A stretch of DNA of 64,000 bases from Octopus bimaculoides (taxonomy: Eukaryota). Location: the NCBI RefSeq assembly GCF_001194135.2, contig NC_068990.1, positions 76,135,763 to 76,199,762 on the forward strand. Reading direction: 5' to 3'. This document shows positions 37,994 to 52,332 of the stretch, piece after piece. Each line of letters starts with the position of its first letter. Positions within the stretch are counted from its first letter, which is position 1. A model generated the notes under the pieces. That model was not told the DNA's origin. It did not search any database and was given only the letters and a program-made list of their open reading frames with translations. The position numbers and the translations under genes are program-made.

Positions 37994-39397
37994 NNNNNNN
38001 NNNNNNNNNNNNNNNNNNNNNNNNNNNNNNNNNNNNNNNNNNNNNNNNNNNNNNNNNNNNNNNNNNNNNNNNNNNNNNNNNNNNNNNNNNNNNNNNNNNN
38101 NNNNNNNNNNNNNNNNNNNNNNNNNNNNNNNNNNNNNNNNNNNNNNNNNNNNNNNNNNNNNNNNNNNNNNNNNNNNNNNNNNNNNNNNNNNNNNNNNNNN
38201 NNNNNNNNNNNNNNNNNNNNNNNNNNNNNNNNNNNNNNNNNNNNNNNNNNNNNNNNNNNNNNNNNNNNNNNNNNNNNNNNNNNNNNNNNNNNNATATATA
38301 TATATATATATATATAAGTGCAGGAGTGGCTATGTGGTAAGTAGCTTGCTTACTTCGGCGCATGCGTCGTTATTTGGTTTGTTGCTTCCAGATTGAAGGG
38401 ACGTGAGCTTCTGAAAGAAAAAAGACAAAAAGGAAGTCGTCAAGGTAGGTCGTTTTTTTGTTCTCCGAGCTGGGTGGGAATTTATTGTGTTTTCTTTTTT
38501 CAGTAACTTTCTGCCTCGAAAAAGGTAACCTTTACCTTTAGAGTCCCTTTGATTCTTATTTTACTCGGAACCCACAAGGTTATATAGTAAAATTCCTGCC
38601 CACACAACCTCCATAGCTGCATCAATACAATAACTCTGTTGTTGTTTTTATAGTTAATTCTTTTTCCTGTTAAAGACGATTGTTTTGTTTCTACCATTGT
38701 TATTGATGTATTTCGTACTTGAAGTGAAATGCTGTTTCTACAGTCAGTCATTTAAATGGCGTGCTGATCTTGTCTTTTTTCTTTTCTTTTTGTTTTTTTT
38801 TAATATATTCTCAGTGCTGTTGGTGTCGCAGAATTTATTTCCTCGTTCTTAACGCTGTTGATCTTTGATAGTATAAACCTCAACGCCCTATACGCAGCTC
38901 TTAAAAAAATCACTTTGCTAATTCTTTCTTTTTATTTTCATTTTTTTTTTATTTGTTAATTGTGTTTCCTTTTTCATTCTTTTCACCTCGCCCTCTGAGA
39001 GTCCCCCAGTCACTTCCAGATTCCCAGGATAGTATTATAATTATTCTTCAATACATGTGTACAATCATTATGATATAAACCTTTTCACTGTTTGCTTAGG
39101 TTTTTTTCTTTTCTTTTTGTTCTCTGTTTAAGATATCTGCAACAGAACGCAGCGTCCATCTCAATTACCTTAACAGACAATACAGAGCGGAAATGTTTGT
39201 GGAAATTTCACAAGCAGTGAGAAGTGAAAAGTTAATTAAACAACTGTGTTATTGCACAATCAAATATTTTATTAATTAAAACTACCGAAGAGAGGAGAGG
39301 ATGTCGAGAGAGACAAAAGCAAAGAGAAAATTATTTTTCCCATCTAGCGATAAAAGGTAAAGAAAGAAACAAAATGAAGAAAACAGGAGAAACAAAT

Positions 39398-39428
<31 letters not shown>

Positions 39429-39636
39429 AAGAAGAAGAAGAAGAAGAAGAAGAAGAAGAAGAAGAAGAAGGAGGAGGAGGAGGAGGAGGAGGAGAAGAAG
39501 AAGAACAAGAAGAACAAGAAGAACAAGAACAAGAACAAGAACAAGAACAAGAACAACAAGGACAAGAACAAGAACAAGAAGAAGAAGAAGAAGAAGAAGA
39601 AGAAGAAGAAGAAGAAGAAGAAGAAGAAGAAGAAGC
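39398..39636. repeat. Compound (GAA)n/(GGA)n/(GAACAA)n array
   Basis: Direct reading; a similar array lies at 44616-44745. Confidence 0.95.
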
Positions 39637-39639
39637 AGA

Positions 39640-40660
39640 GGACGGCTGTGACCTGATACAGTTAGGGAACTATTATAAAATAGAGGGCTTGGTCAATGAG
39701 GAAAGTGTCTCTTTCTACTGTCCTTTATGCCTCATCCCCCCAAAAAACCTCTTTCCCGGTAGCCACCAGAGTAAAGCTGCATGTCCTTCCCGACCTAATG
39801 AAGGCAGCGGCACAGTCTTTACGATGTAGTCAGCTAAGAGCCGGACACGTCCTACACATGATAGCAGCAGTTCGGCATAAATCCACAATTCAGCAATGCT
39901 CAAGCACTGTTCGAGCATCTGCGGGACAGTTTCGACTCATCAACATTGGTTAGGGTCCCACTTATGGTAGCTTCTTTACCTACTCTTTCTATGATATATC
40001 GGCTGAGATGAAGATCGTCGTGGACATATTTGTTTGGTATGGTGATACATTTCTGTCCTTCACCCACCAGAATATTGTCTACAAGCGCCAACATCTTAGC
40101 TAACACCTTGGACAAAATCTTCAACTTTGCATTTAAAAGAATTTTGAGCCTAAAGTTGTTTAAATCATTCTCCTTGGGATTTCCCCATTCTGCTGCCAAC
40201 TGTTGTAGATACATGTTATGAGGTACCCGGACAAATCCAGTGTATGACGATAAAGCTCGTAGAACAGACCATCCAGACCTGGCGACTTCTCCATTGTGTA
40301 TTTCGTCATCGCTTCCCGTATTTTGTCAGCTGATATCGGACTTTCGCAGGACTTCGCATCCCTCGTCGATAGCTACTGTGGACCTTTGAGGTAGGTGACA
40401 AGTCCAACCTCGACTTCGTTTCACTGTCTGCCTCAAACAGTTGAACAAAATGCCATAAAAAACCGCACACATTTGCTTGGGATCGAGTAGCATGCGTTTT
40501 TTCTGATCCGTCAAAGACAGATTTGTGACTTTGTTGCGGCAGTGCCTCTCTGCAACTCGAACCCACCATAAGGCTTTCGTTCCCTCATCCACCGCTCTGA
40601 CTCTGACAACACAACCGTTGTGCTTAAAATCGATCAACACGTCCATCGCAATACGTCTTC
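39640..40660 (-). mobile_element. Tx1/L1-type LINE internal fragment (linker and RT domains 0-3), decayed
   Basis: Minus strand encodes 'EKSPGLDGLFYELY' (~40230-40295) and 'NFRLKILLNAKLKILSKVLAKMLALV..LVGEGQKC...HDDLHLSRYIIERVG', followed by a decayed equivalent of the D..KAFD motif ('NVDESKLSRR'). Confidence 0.88.
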
Positions 40661-40707
40661 TACTATAGAATTCTCTATCACTATTTCTTAATAAACCTAA
40701 TTGATTC

Positions 40708-40746
<39 letters not shown>

Positions 40747-41334
40747 TAACCCAAAATGGGGAATAACTACTGTAAATAATTTCGATTTACCGCAATACAA
40801 TATCCAATGTCATTTCTCTGCTGCTAGCCTACATCTTACAATATACACTGGATACTAGAACATTCTCTTCATCCTTACCCAATCAGGTAATGTTAAAAGC
40901 AAGAGATATTCTATCTAAATAATATAATCTGATCCCAAACCTTTCAACCACTACTTATAAAATCACTGCTAGACCGAACTTTTTTGTTACAGGGAACAGT
41001 ATAATAAAAGCTATGTTAGACCCAAAAGTGACTTAGCATGATTTTTCGTATTGGATTTCAAACAAGTGAAAAACTTACCCGGCACTGGATGTAGATTTTA
41101 GGGAAGGTTTTGAGTTCATAAACTTTAACTAGTATTTGGTTGGTATATATTTTGAATGATAAAAAATGATGTCGACTTTATCAGTGTTTAAACTAAGTAC
41201 ATAAAGATATTTAACTATACTTAAGGCAAGATATACCGTGTAGTGTAATACCATTTTCCTCTCATACACCTCCGTAATAGAAAATAATGATTTTATTTTA
41301 TTTTTTCCTAACCTTAGGCTAAGCTGAGCTAGGA

Positions 41335-41530
41335 TCCTTCATGGTGCGAGACTTAATCGGCAGCAACATTCTGTCAGTGTGGTCCATCAGTAATAACTCT
41401 CTCTGCTTTATCCAACTAGCCCTCATCTGTTTGTGATCTTGCAGTCTCTGCTGCCTACTGTTTGGTAGTTGTCCCTTTTCAATTTTCTCTCTTCCATTTT
41501 CTCTCTTTGCATTTCCTGGTTGACAGGCGT
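41335..41530 (-). mobile_element. Possible RTE-type LINE 3' end remnant
   Basis: Minus-strand translation loosely follows the RTE C-terminus (KRKRGRP.TTW ... A.DR..W...VAAL). Many stops. Confidence 0.35.
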
Positions 41531-42695
41531 AAATATGACCACGATGTTCTGTAGCGTCTAGGATTCATTACACTAAAGGATTTCATTACTTGCATATATA
41601 CAGATGACCACAGATTTTAGAAGAAACTGTTAATTATCTCGTGCCCAATATTTAGCTGATACTTTTTTTTATCGATCTCAGTACACTGAAAAGGAATTTG
41701 GCGGAATCTGAATCAAGAATATTAACAGCCAGACCAAATAGTGCGACACATTTTGTTCGACGCACTAACGATTCTACCAATCATACCATATAGAGCAGGA
41801 AACAAAATCATTTCTGACATAATTTCAGCATCTCATATACTTGAGTTTTGAACAAATCGATCAGTTGAATTCAAGCCCTTTTCTTACATTTAAGTTCATA
41901 TTTTATTGACATCGAGATCGAACGAAAAGGGAAAATCCCTGTCTCTTTCAGATTCGAACTCGGAACGTAAAAGATGGTAATCAAAAAGAAGCAGGGTATT
42001 TAATCTCGTGTTTGTACCATATTTGTTGATCCACACTATGAAGGTAACTACAAAAATTAATGAACATGTCATGATAATAACTGTGGAAATTTAACTTAAA
42101 TAATATAGAAACAAATGATTGAACTAATAAGAAAAAATGCTACCATAAAAGTGCAAATACATATATAAAAACATAGAAAAGTCAACAAAAACACATAGAA
42201 ATAAAGCAATCGAACAAATAAATAAAAGAGACACATAAAGAAGAAAAGATAAAAAAAATCGATCGAAGAGTCTCTAGAAGCGTTTGTTTGAATTACAAGA
42301 TAGTCGATATCTTGAAGCCGACGATAAAAGAATGCCAGAAAACTTCAAACCAATTACATTTTACTCCAAAAATAAATAAAGTCCAATCGTGAATAGATCG
42401 AGACAAAAAAAATATATATATATACAAATATAAAAATAAAGTAACAATAATAAAGCAGTAAATGAGATCCTACAATTACCTTTTTATAACAATTGACAAG
42501 GAGAAACTAGACCGGTGTGCTTGGAGGCGAAAAAGAACACTCACATACACACACAAACACACACACACAAACACACATATATATATACACACAAATATAT
42601 ATATATATATATGTACTTACACATATAATTATATGTAAGTGCAAGCACGCATACATATATAGGTATATGTATGTGTATATACATTATATATACAT

Positions 42696-42726
<31 letters not shown>

Positions 42727-43254
42727 TGTACACACACACACATATAGATGTACATACATACAAACATACATATATACATACATACATACATACATACATA
42801 CATACATACATACATACATTAACGGAATCCGTCCTGCTGCCTAGAGCCAATTACTGGCTTAACCGGAAGTTAGTCAAACTATATACTCTGAAACGCAAGA
42901 TAAACGGAAAACCATTTGTCTACAGACAAATAAACATTGAAATATATTGGTACATATTTATATATATACGCAAACCATGTCTAAACCAGTGGTTATTTCG
43001 AAGAAATTGCGTCGTAATAGTCTGAAGAAGCCTAAAATAATGTCTTAGGTGTTGATCGATCAGGGGAAATACGAAAACTATAAGCGCAATACCTTTTTTT
43101 TTCGCCATTTGTTGATCGGATTTTGAATGATATAAACGAATAGAAATACAGAACAATGAATGCATGCGTGCAACGTGCAAACTCACCACAAAGTCAATAC
43201 ACACACACACACACACAAACGCACATTTATGTATACGTATATGTGTGCATATAT

Positions 43255-43320
<66 letters not shown>

Positions 43321-43336
43321 GTACATACATACATAC

Positions 43337-43373
<37 letters not shown>

Positions 43374-43837
43374 TGTAAGTACGTATGTACATGTGGCTGA
43401 ATATATCTATATTATATATATATAGATATATAGTTATATATATGTGTGTGTGTGTGTGTGTGTACATGTATATAAATTAGCTATTTCTAGCCTTGCTCTA
43501 AACTGGTTTTGCTTTTCCTAACCCTTAGAGAGTAAATATAAGTCTGAGACAGCCTAGAGATCATGATTTCCGCAGTTAAACCACATATCAACTTTAGTGT
43601 AGTGAGAACCATATATGCTCTTTATGTTTATATAGAATAAGTGCACTTGCACTCGTTGCCAATATAACAATTTATACAAAATTTATTCTGGTGCTCCTAT
43701 AGATTTACCCTTTAGTGTATAAGTTTATAAAGCCGTAACAGTTATATATTTTTAATTCAAACAGTCAACCCCTTGAGCGTAAGGATTCACTCTTCTTCCC
43801 TATCTCCCCTCTCACTCACTCTCTCTCTCTCTCTCTT

Positions 43838-43905
<68 letters not shown>

Positions 43906-44615
43906 TCTCTCTCTCTCTCTAAGTCTCTCTGTTGCTTCCGCATACATTATATATATATACAGATAGATAGATAGATAGATAGATAGATACTTATATGAAT
44001 ATGTTTCATTGTTTCGCTTGTGCATAACAATATTAATAACCTGGTGATACAAAGCATTCGACTATGAGTGCGTTGTCTCTAATAGCAGAAACAGTTGTAA
44101 GCTAATGCTGTTTATAACATAATTTTTTACTCTTTCATCATTCTAATTTCCTATATGTATGTATATATGCATGTATGCTTGTACGTATACATGTATATGT
44201 ATATACATACATACGTATATATANNNNNNNNNNNNNNNNNNNNNNNNNNNNNNNNNNNNNNNNNNNNNNNNNNNNNNNNNNNNNNNNNNNNNNNNNNNNN
44301 NNNNNNNNNNNNNNNNNNNNNNNNNNNNNNNNNNNNNNNNNNNNNNNNNNNNNNNNNNNNNNNNNNNNNNNNNNNNNNNNNNNNNNNNNNNNNNNNNNNN
44401 NNNNNNNNNNNNNNNNNNNNNNNNNNNNNNNNNNNNNNNNNNNNNNNNNNNNNNNNNNNNNNNNNNNNNNNNNNNNNNNNNNNNNNNNNNNNNNNNNNNN
44501 NNNNNNNNNNNNNNNNNNNNNNNNNNNNNNNNNNNNNNNNNNNNNNNNNNNNNNNNNNNNNNNNNNNNNNNNNNNNNNNNNNNNNNNNNNNNNNNNNNNN
44601 NNNNNNNNNNNNNNN

Positions 44616-44745
44616 AGAACAAGAACAAGAACAAGAACGAGAAGAAGGAGGAGGAGGAGGAGGAGGAGGAGGAGGAGAAGGAGAACAAGAACAAGAAGAA
44701 GAAGAAGAAGAAGAAGAAGAAGAAGAAGAAGAAGAAGAAGAAGAA
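44616..44745. repeat. Compound (GAACAA)n/(GGA)n/(GAA)n array
   Basis: Direct reading. Confidence 0.95.
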
Positions 44746-45241
44746 TGCAGGAGAAATATTGATAAATTAGGAAAATACAATGTATATAGCAAATCAGTGT
44801 GTCTGGACGTAAGTTTCTTAGGCTGGTCAGTTAGTGCTACATTGTCTCCGGTATAAAATTTCATTTTTTGGATAAAAAATTATTTCAGTTTACCCATAGC
44901 GACAACACTAAACAGACAAAAAGGGGAAGACGGATAAAATTGACAACAAGGACAACAGCGATTGTCAGAATACTTATAGTGATAAGATGGTGACGAGAAG
45001 AGAATAGAAATAATTATAAGGGATAATGATACTAGTGATGCCTGTGGTAGTAACATTATTTTGATCATTATTCGGTATTCGTTGATAGCCCAGAACTCGT
45101 GTTGGGTGCTTTTTCTCTTGTACGGTATAAACGTTGATTATTTACAGAGAAGAAGCACACAACACAAGCTCTGGGCTATCAACAGCGTCGGATTTCAGAC
45201 GAATACCGAATAATGGTAAATGGTACTACTACATACATCAC

Positions 45242-45289
<48 letters not shown>

Positions 45290-45479
45290 GTGGTTGTTTT
45301 TGGCATCTGATTGTCTCAGGAGACATTGGAGTTGCGCATATAATTATCCAGTCTGGTTTTTACATTTTATATCATTTACATCCCCTGCAGTGTCTGTGTG
45401 GTCCTATTCTGGACAAACACTCCCTCTGGCAGGTGACGCAGATGTAGCAAAGACTTTATCTGGCTGGTTGTAATGTCAT

Positions 45480-45865
45480 AGTTTCTTGTTGTCTTTTCTA
45501 GTCTTAACTTTTCTCCTCTCTCCCTCTGTCATTCCTTTGTGTTCCCTATTCTGTGGTGCGTCACCAATCTCCACGGTTGCTGGAAACCGCTTCCCAGTTG
45601 CTAATATTGATGTCACAAGCCTTCATGTCCCTTTTGCAAACATCCTTGTATCGTAAGAACGGTCTTCTCACAGACCTAGTGCCCATCGGAAGTTCTCCGT
45701 AAAGTATGTCCTTGGGGATTCTGCCATTTTCCATATGACTAACATGTCCAAGCCATCCCATACGTCTTTGTGTGAGGAGTGCAAAAATGTTTGGTATTCC
45801 TGCTTGCTTGAGGACAACTTTGTTGGGAACACGCTCTTGCCATTTGATGCCAAGGATTTTCCGGT
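45480..45865 (-). mobile_element. RTE (BovB-like) LINE 3' fragment
   Basis: ORF 45561..45761 'WLGHVSHMENGRIPKDILYGEL..G.RSVRRPFLRYKDVCKRDMK' is the characteristic RTE C-terminal motif. Confidence 0.9.
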
Positions 45866-45881
45866 GGCAGCACAGTACCTA

Positions 45882-46940
45882 TTAGGTTGGCGACTAAGTT
45901 ACCGCATTTTTTTTAAATTTTGCAATTTATTGCGTTTTTAAATTTTGGAATCTTTTTTTTTTTTTCGAGAATTCTATTTTTGAATCATTTTTTAATCTAT
46001 TTTTTTTTTCTTCTTAATTTTAGTTAATTTTTGTTTATTTTCAGATCATTAAAATGGAATGTCAGGTTAAGAAAAACGAGCATTTTCGATACCTCCTTTT
46101 TGCTTTTAATCAAGGTTCTAAGACCGCAAAAGCTGCTCGTGACATTTGTGCTGTGTATGGAGAGGGTCCTATAGCTGAAAGAACTGCCCGTGATAAATAA
46201 TGCCAAGTTCAAAAATAGAAATGTTGACCTCAAAGACCCAACTGGACGGCCAGACCTCCTTCTGGCCGTCCAGTTGAGTTCGATGAAGAGCGATTAAACC
46301 AACTTTTGCACGAAAACTCTCGTCTGGCAGAGAAAATGGAATGCTCCCACACTGCTATAGAAAAGCATCTTCACTCGATGGGAAAGGTTCAGAAGTATGG
46401 AGCATGGGTCCCGCATGCGTTAAGTGACAACAACAAAAATCAACGAACCACAATCTCCGTTGGTTTGCTTGCTCGTCACCGCTCAACTCATGGACACAAG
46501 CAACGATTTCTTAACCGGATCGTTACTGTGGACGAAAAATGGTGCCTGTACATCAATATGAAGCAGCGTAAGGAATGGCTTAGCCCCGGTAAACAAGCGA
46601 CACTGCGCGTGAAACAAGATCTTCATCCGCGTAAAACGATGTTGTGCGTATGGTGGGACTGGGAAGGGATTATCCATTACGAATTGCTTGTACGGAATCA
46701 AACGGTCAACGCGGAATTTTATGTTCAACAGATGGAACGACTCAACACGGCAATTCAATAGAAAAGACCTAATCGGCAGTATGGAGTTCTGCTGCATGAC
46801 AACGCCCGCCCTCATATCGCCAATATGACCAAGGAAGCCATTCAAACTCATGGCTAGGAATTGCTGCCACATCCACCATACTCTCCTGATTTGGCACCAA
46901 CGGATTTCCATCTCTTTCGATCTCTTTCAAATGCTATAGT
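45882..46940 (+). mobile_element. Mariner transposon, 3'-truncated, inactivated transposase
   Basis: TA + TIR ttaggttggcgactaagtt at 45880-45900 and ATG at 46054. Motifs WVPHAL, TVDEKW, LLHDNARPH, HPPYSPDLAPTDFHLF (mariner DD34D type); stops at ~46198, 46759 and 46855. Confidence 0.95.
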
Positions 46941-48115
46941 ATATTCATTTCCCCCCACTATATATATATATATATATNNNNNNNNNNNNNNNNNNNNNNN
47001 NNNNNNNNNNNNNNNNNNNNNNNNNNNNNNNNNNNNNNNNNNNNNNNNNNNNNNNNNNNNNNNNNNNNNNNNNNNNNNNNNNNNNNNNNNNNNNNNNNNN
47101 NNNNNNNNNNNNNNNNNNNNNNNNNNNNNNNNNNNNNNNNNNNNNNNNNNNNNNNNNNNNNNNNNNNNNNNNNNNNNNNNNNNNNNNNNNNNNNNNNNNN
47201 NNNNNNNNNNNNNNNNNNNNNNNNNNNNNNNNNNNNNNNNNNNNNNNNNNNNNNNNNNNNNNNNNNNNNNNNNNNNNNNATATACATACATACATACATA
47301 CATACATACATACATACATACATACATACACACATACATACACCGGGTTCGCTTTCAGCCTTTCAGGAATCGAATAGACAAAATTAATTACCAGTAAAAT
47401 ATTGATGCAGGCGCAATTGTTTAGACACCGCTCTCTTCGAAATTTCTAAGAGTGCTCCTAAATTAAAAAAAATGTGATGAAATAAAAATAATACTATTGT
47501 TTTGTAACCTTTTTATTCATGCCGAAGAGAAAGCGAAAACGACAGTATGTGTCATCTTCGCAGAGGAATCACCATAACTCATTTGGCGCACTTCGTTGGG
47601 CAGATTTCTTTTGCCTCGTTTCCGTCTACGCAGTTTCGCACGTACGATTTGGATCCTTCCTAAATTTCAATAGAAGTCATTTGCCCAAAATTCCGTGTGC
47701 TGGTATCGAAACAGGAATCAAAATATTGCGAATTTAACGCCTCAAACACACAGCCATGTTTACGCATACGCTTTACTTATAAGTCACGCAATTCTAATGT
47801 GACAATGTCACGATTACGGTAATTAAGTTGACCTATATCTAGCTTTTATATGCATATATTTTTGACATTATTATTAATACTGATGGAAATAGGAAATATT
47901 TCGGACAGTTAATCTCATCAACTCTGAATTTTTTATATGTATATATTCGGTTTGCTTTTAGTAAACACAACTTTTGCAGCATCTGAGTCAATGTTCGTCA
48001 TCTTCACACATGCATACACACAAACACAGACAAACAAACACAGATACACAGACGCGCATACACACACATACACAGACACACGCATATATATATAGATATA
48101 CATATAGATAGATAA

Positions 48116-48182
<67 letters not shown>

Positions 48183-48554
48183 TTGATGTTTATACATATA
48201 TAAATAATATATCTATATATCTATATCTATCAATTTGTCTATCTGTATATATGTGTGTGTGTAAACATATGTAAATAATATATATTTACATACCTATCTA
48301 TCTGTAAATATATACATATATATAATACAGATAGCTATACGAACGAACGGGCGAAAACTATATTCGTCATGTGTTGTGAAGGTTAAAGATTTGTATGAGC
48401 AGTTTGACTTGATGGTTTCACAAATGTATAAGTGCGTCTGATCCTCAGATGTTTTTGAAAATAACAAAAGTAACAAGGGAATATTTTTGCATTATATTTA
48501 CATGATACAGTTTGTAATATTTTTGTCATTACTGCCAGAATAAAGACAGCGAAC

Positions 48555-48935
48555 AAAATGCTCAGCGTCATTTCTTCCGGCTTTACATCCTGAATTCAAA
48601 TTCTGGTGAGGTCGCCTTTGTCTCTCAGCCTTTGGGGCTCGATAAAATAAGAACATGTTGAACACTGTTGTCAATGAAACGATCCAGACCCTTCCCTAAA
48701 ATGTTAGGCCCTGTGCCTGCAGTTAGGAAAAAGAATTTTTACTGCTAAAAGGAAGGCGATGAGCAGGCACAATAATTAGCACTCCGGACAACATGCTTAG
48801 CGGTATTTATTCCGATGCTACAAGTACTGAGTTCGGCTTCCGCCAATAGATTAAATATCACGTCACTTAAGGAGTTAATATAATTGGCTTACCTCCTCCC
48901 CTCAAAATTGCTGGCATTGTGTCAAAAACAAGGAA
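48555..48935 (+). mobile_element. Two decayed family B SINEs, head to tail
   Basis: 'gaattcaaattctggtgaggtcgcctttgtctctcagcctttggggctcgataaaataag' (48555-48735) and 'aaggcgatgagcaggcac...atgcttagcggtattt' (48762-48935). Confidence 0.75.
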
Positions 48936-49123
48936 GAATTAATAGGAAGAAAAATGTCATATATACATACAATTATTTTAATTCGAGTTTATCAAATTTG
49001 TTGCTACGTAATCACAAAATGAATATAAGTTTATCAGGAAGAATATTAGTTACTATAAAAATAAAGTTAAGCAATATTCAAAATGTATTCAAAACTGAAA
49101 ATAAAGCCATATATATATATATA

Positions 49124-49171
<48 letters not shown>

Positions 49172-49207
49172 TACATATATATATACAATAAAGCCACATA
49201 TACACAA

Positions 49208-49240
<33 letters not shown>

Positions 49241-49679
49241 CATGTATATATACATATATATNNNNNNNNNNNNNNNNNNNNNNNNNNNNNNNNNNNNNNN
49301 NNNNNNNNNNNNNNNNNNNNNNNNNNNNNNNNNNNNNNNNNNNNNNNNNNNNNNNNNNNNNNNNNNNNNNNNNNNNNNNNNNNNNNNNNNNNNNNNNNNN
49401 NNNNNNNNNNNNNNNNNNNNNNNNNNNNNNNNNNNNNNNNNNNNNNNNNNNNNNNNNNNNNNNNNNNNNNNNNNNNNNNNNNNNNNNNNNNNNNNNNNNN
49501 NNNNNNNNNNNNNNNNNNNNNNNNNNNNNNNNNNNNNNNNNNNNNNNTGTGTGTGTGTGTGTGTGTGCATGTGTGAGTGTGCGTGTGTGTGTGTGGCGGG
49601 GGAGGCTCGATATCATTCAGACACATCTCTAAAAAGGCAGATCTTCAGTTAACGCAATCAATGAAATAGATATTGATTT

Positions 49680-49885
49680 CAAATTCTGGTGCAAAGCCAT
49701 CAAGTTCGCAAGAGCTTTAAGTATATCACATTGGCTCCAGTGCTCAACAGGTACTTATTTCATTGACCCCGATATCATGTGATGCTGAGTAGACCTCGGC
49801 GGAATTTGACCTCAGAACGTAAAGGTGGATGAAATGACGTTAAGCATTTTGTCCGGCGTGCTAACGATGCCGCCAGATCGCTGCA
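49680..49885 (-). mobile_element. SINE (family B)
   Basis: 'gtacttatttcattgacccc...gacctcggcggaatttgacctcagaacgtaaa...taagcattttgtccggcgtgctaacgat'. Confidence 0.85.
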
Positions 49886-50004
49886 TTATTATGAATGAAA
49901 TAAATATTAAAGTGTATATCACATATCGTACAAATCTTTTAACGCTCACCTATTTTTGACAATCAACAGTCAAGTATTTCCAAACATGTGTTGTCGAGTA
50001 GATA

Positions 50005-50235
50005 TACTGGTTTGCTCAAAATGTCCGTGCGGTGTTTTAAGCGAAAGAAAGGCGCACGTTTTAAACAGAAATCCATTTGATCAGATGATATAATTAGCGT
50101 TTCGTTCCGGCATCTTCGTTCCAGTATCTTGTGCCAACTTGCGGGCATGTATATTCCCTGCTCTAAGAATTTCCTGTTTTTATTGACGAAAAGCTCCTTG
50201 AACACTGAAGAGGATGTAAAAATTCACCTGGAGGT
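50005..50235 (-). mobile_element. Mariner 3'-terminal fragment with TIR
   Basis: Translation 'FVNKNRKFLEQGIYMPASWHKILERR' resembles the mariner C-terminus (FF..K...FY..GI..L..RW.K.I). It runs into TIR-like ta-tactggtttgctcaaaatgtccgtgcgg. Confidence 0.7.
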
Positions 50236-50704
50236 GAATTTTTATATCTTTTTCATTGTTGAAAACTTGTCCATTCAATGAATTTCAAAAAACAGCTAGA
50301 AATCTGAAGTTACAAGTTCGTGCGAATATGGAGGATGCAACAAAACTTCCGAGTCAGGCCCTAGTAACTTCTGCTGCATCTGCAAAGAAGTATGAGGCCT
50401 GGTAGTGTCGATATTAATCTTGGTCGGTCAAAACGAAGACCGAAAAATCTCTCGATCGAAAACTTGAAAACCATTTCTGGCACACACGTTCCGTAACAGC
50501 ATGCTGTTCGTACACATCGCATATGCCCGTGCAGGTTTCCGCTGCTTTCTTGTCCTTTTAAAATAAAAGAAAGTATCAGGTGTGGATAATGTTGGCTTGG
50601 GTTCTCCATTTTCAGGATGATCCCAAGTACACAAAATACGACCTGCATTGTTGCAAATTCGCGTGGAACTGCGTTGGAGTGTTAATACCAAACGCATACA
50701 CAAG

Positions 50705-50925
50705 AGGCGCGTGTCTTAGTGGTTAGGGTGCTGGACTTATGATCGTAAGATTGTGATTTCGATTGTTGGACCGGGTGATGTGTTGTTTTTCTTGATCAAA
50801 ACACTTCATTTCACGTTGCACGAGTCCACTCAGGTGGCAAAACTGAGTAATCCTCACCGTCCAGGTGGGGAATATATACGCCATTGAACCCGGAAAACCG
50901 GCCCTCATGAGCCTGGTATAGCACA
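50705..50925 (+). mobile_element. tRNA-derived SINE (family C)
   Basis: Head 'gtgtcttagtggttagggtgctggacttatgatcgtaagattgtgatttcgatt' carries A- and B-box-like motifs. Confidence 0.85.
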
Positions 50926-50935
50926 AGAAGTAAAC

Positions 50936-51001
<66 letters not shown>

Positions 51002-51029
51002 CATCATTATTATATATTCAACAGCATTC

Positions 51030-51170
51030 ATTCAGTTTCAGTCTACCAAATCGCTAGACAAAGGCTTTGCTCGACTCAAGACACTTGCCCAAGGCGCCAT
51101 GGTGAGTGAGTGAGCCAGCAACCGTGTGGATAATAAGCAAACTTCTTACCACACTGCCACGCCTGCATTT
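51030..51170 (-). mobile_element. tRNA-derived SINE (family A), 5' half
   Basis: 'ttcagtttcagtctaccaaatc...gacacttgcccaaggcgcc...cttcttaccacactgccacgcctgc'. Confidence 0.8.
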
Positions 51171-51468
51171 ATATATAATTACAGGTTTTTTTCAGGAATT
51201 TATTATTGATGCACACACTTACGCATGCCTACGTATGCACTTTCTAGTATACGCACGAGGTCTGAAATATTTGTGGGTGTTGCGGGCGGTGGTGGGGGGG
51301 TTGCGCACTAATCGATTACATCGGCCCCATTTCGCAACTTGTTCTTATTTCATCGACCTCAGCGAAGTCAACATCGCTGACATCTGATCTCAGAACTTAA
51401 GGCAGAAAGAAGTGCCATTCAGAACATTATTCTGCACTGTAGCGATTCCGTCAACTCGGCGACTTTGT

Positions 51469-51528
<60 letters not shown>

Positions 51529-51807
51529 TTATACATATATGCATACATACATTTATATACATATATGGTTACATATATACAAACACATACATACGCTCAC
51601 GTCTCTATGTATACACAAGTAATGCATTAAGATGTACCAAACTCACCCAGTGCTCTTATTCTGACTTAGTTAACGCAATCTGCCGAAAAACAAAACACAT
51701 AAAAGCAAGTCTAATTGATATCACTTCTCGATTGAAGCTTTAAATATTTCTCCAAACTCACGTCAAGCCGTATGACAGAAGATACATAATGATAACAACA
51801 GCTTAGA

Positions 51808-51855
<48 letters not shown>

Positions 51856-52298
51856 GAGACGATGATGTCTCGAAAGAAAATTTAATTGGTTTCTCTATAG
51901 TTCCAGTCTTCATCCACCCACTATTAATGGGCGAGAATAAATGGATGCCACAAAATATGACACACCACTTCAGATTTTGATTGCTAAAACTTCGTGCGCC
52001 ATATTAATTCAGTTTTTCAATTGGATAACAGCGTTATTGCTAAACGTTTTCAGCCAGCAGATTGGTATAGAAAGTTATGGCGTTGAAACACAGATATAAT
52101 ATATAGTCCATTAATTTATCAAATTTGATTTTATAAGCTCTTTACAGCTGCTACTTCTTATCGTATGCAATTCGAATTCGAAGCTATCAAATATTGAAAG
52201 TCGAAGATGAGTTCCTGAAAGCTCGTTTTCGTCATATTTAATAAACATGTTCCTGTTGTTGTTGTAGTTGCCATTACTGCTGTTGTTGTTGTTGATGC

Positions 52299-52332
<34 letters not shown>

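Noticed and set aside
43018-43075. CTGAAGA followed by hairpin gcctaa/ttaggt
   Set aside because: GAAA does not follow the hairpin and no cleavage triplet or stem I is present.
47878-47915. CTGATG-gaaata..tatttc hairpin
   Set aside because: Core lacks A9 and GAAA; indistinguishable from chance.
50361-50703. Two overlapping minus-strand ORFs in moderately GC-rich sequence
   Set aside because: No recognisable motif; lies between mobile elements and is probably an unidentified decayed repeat.
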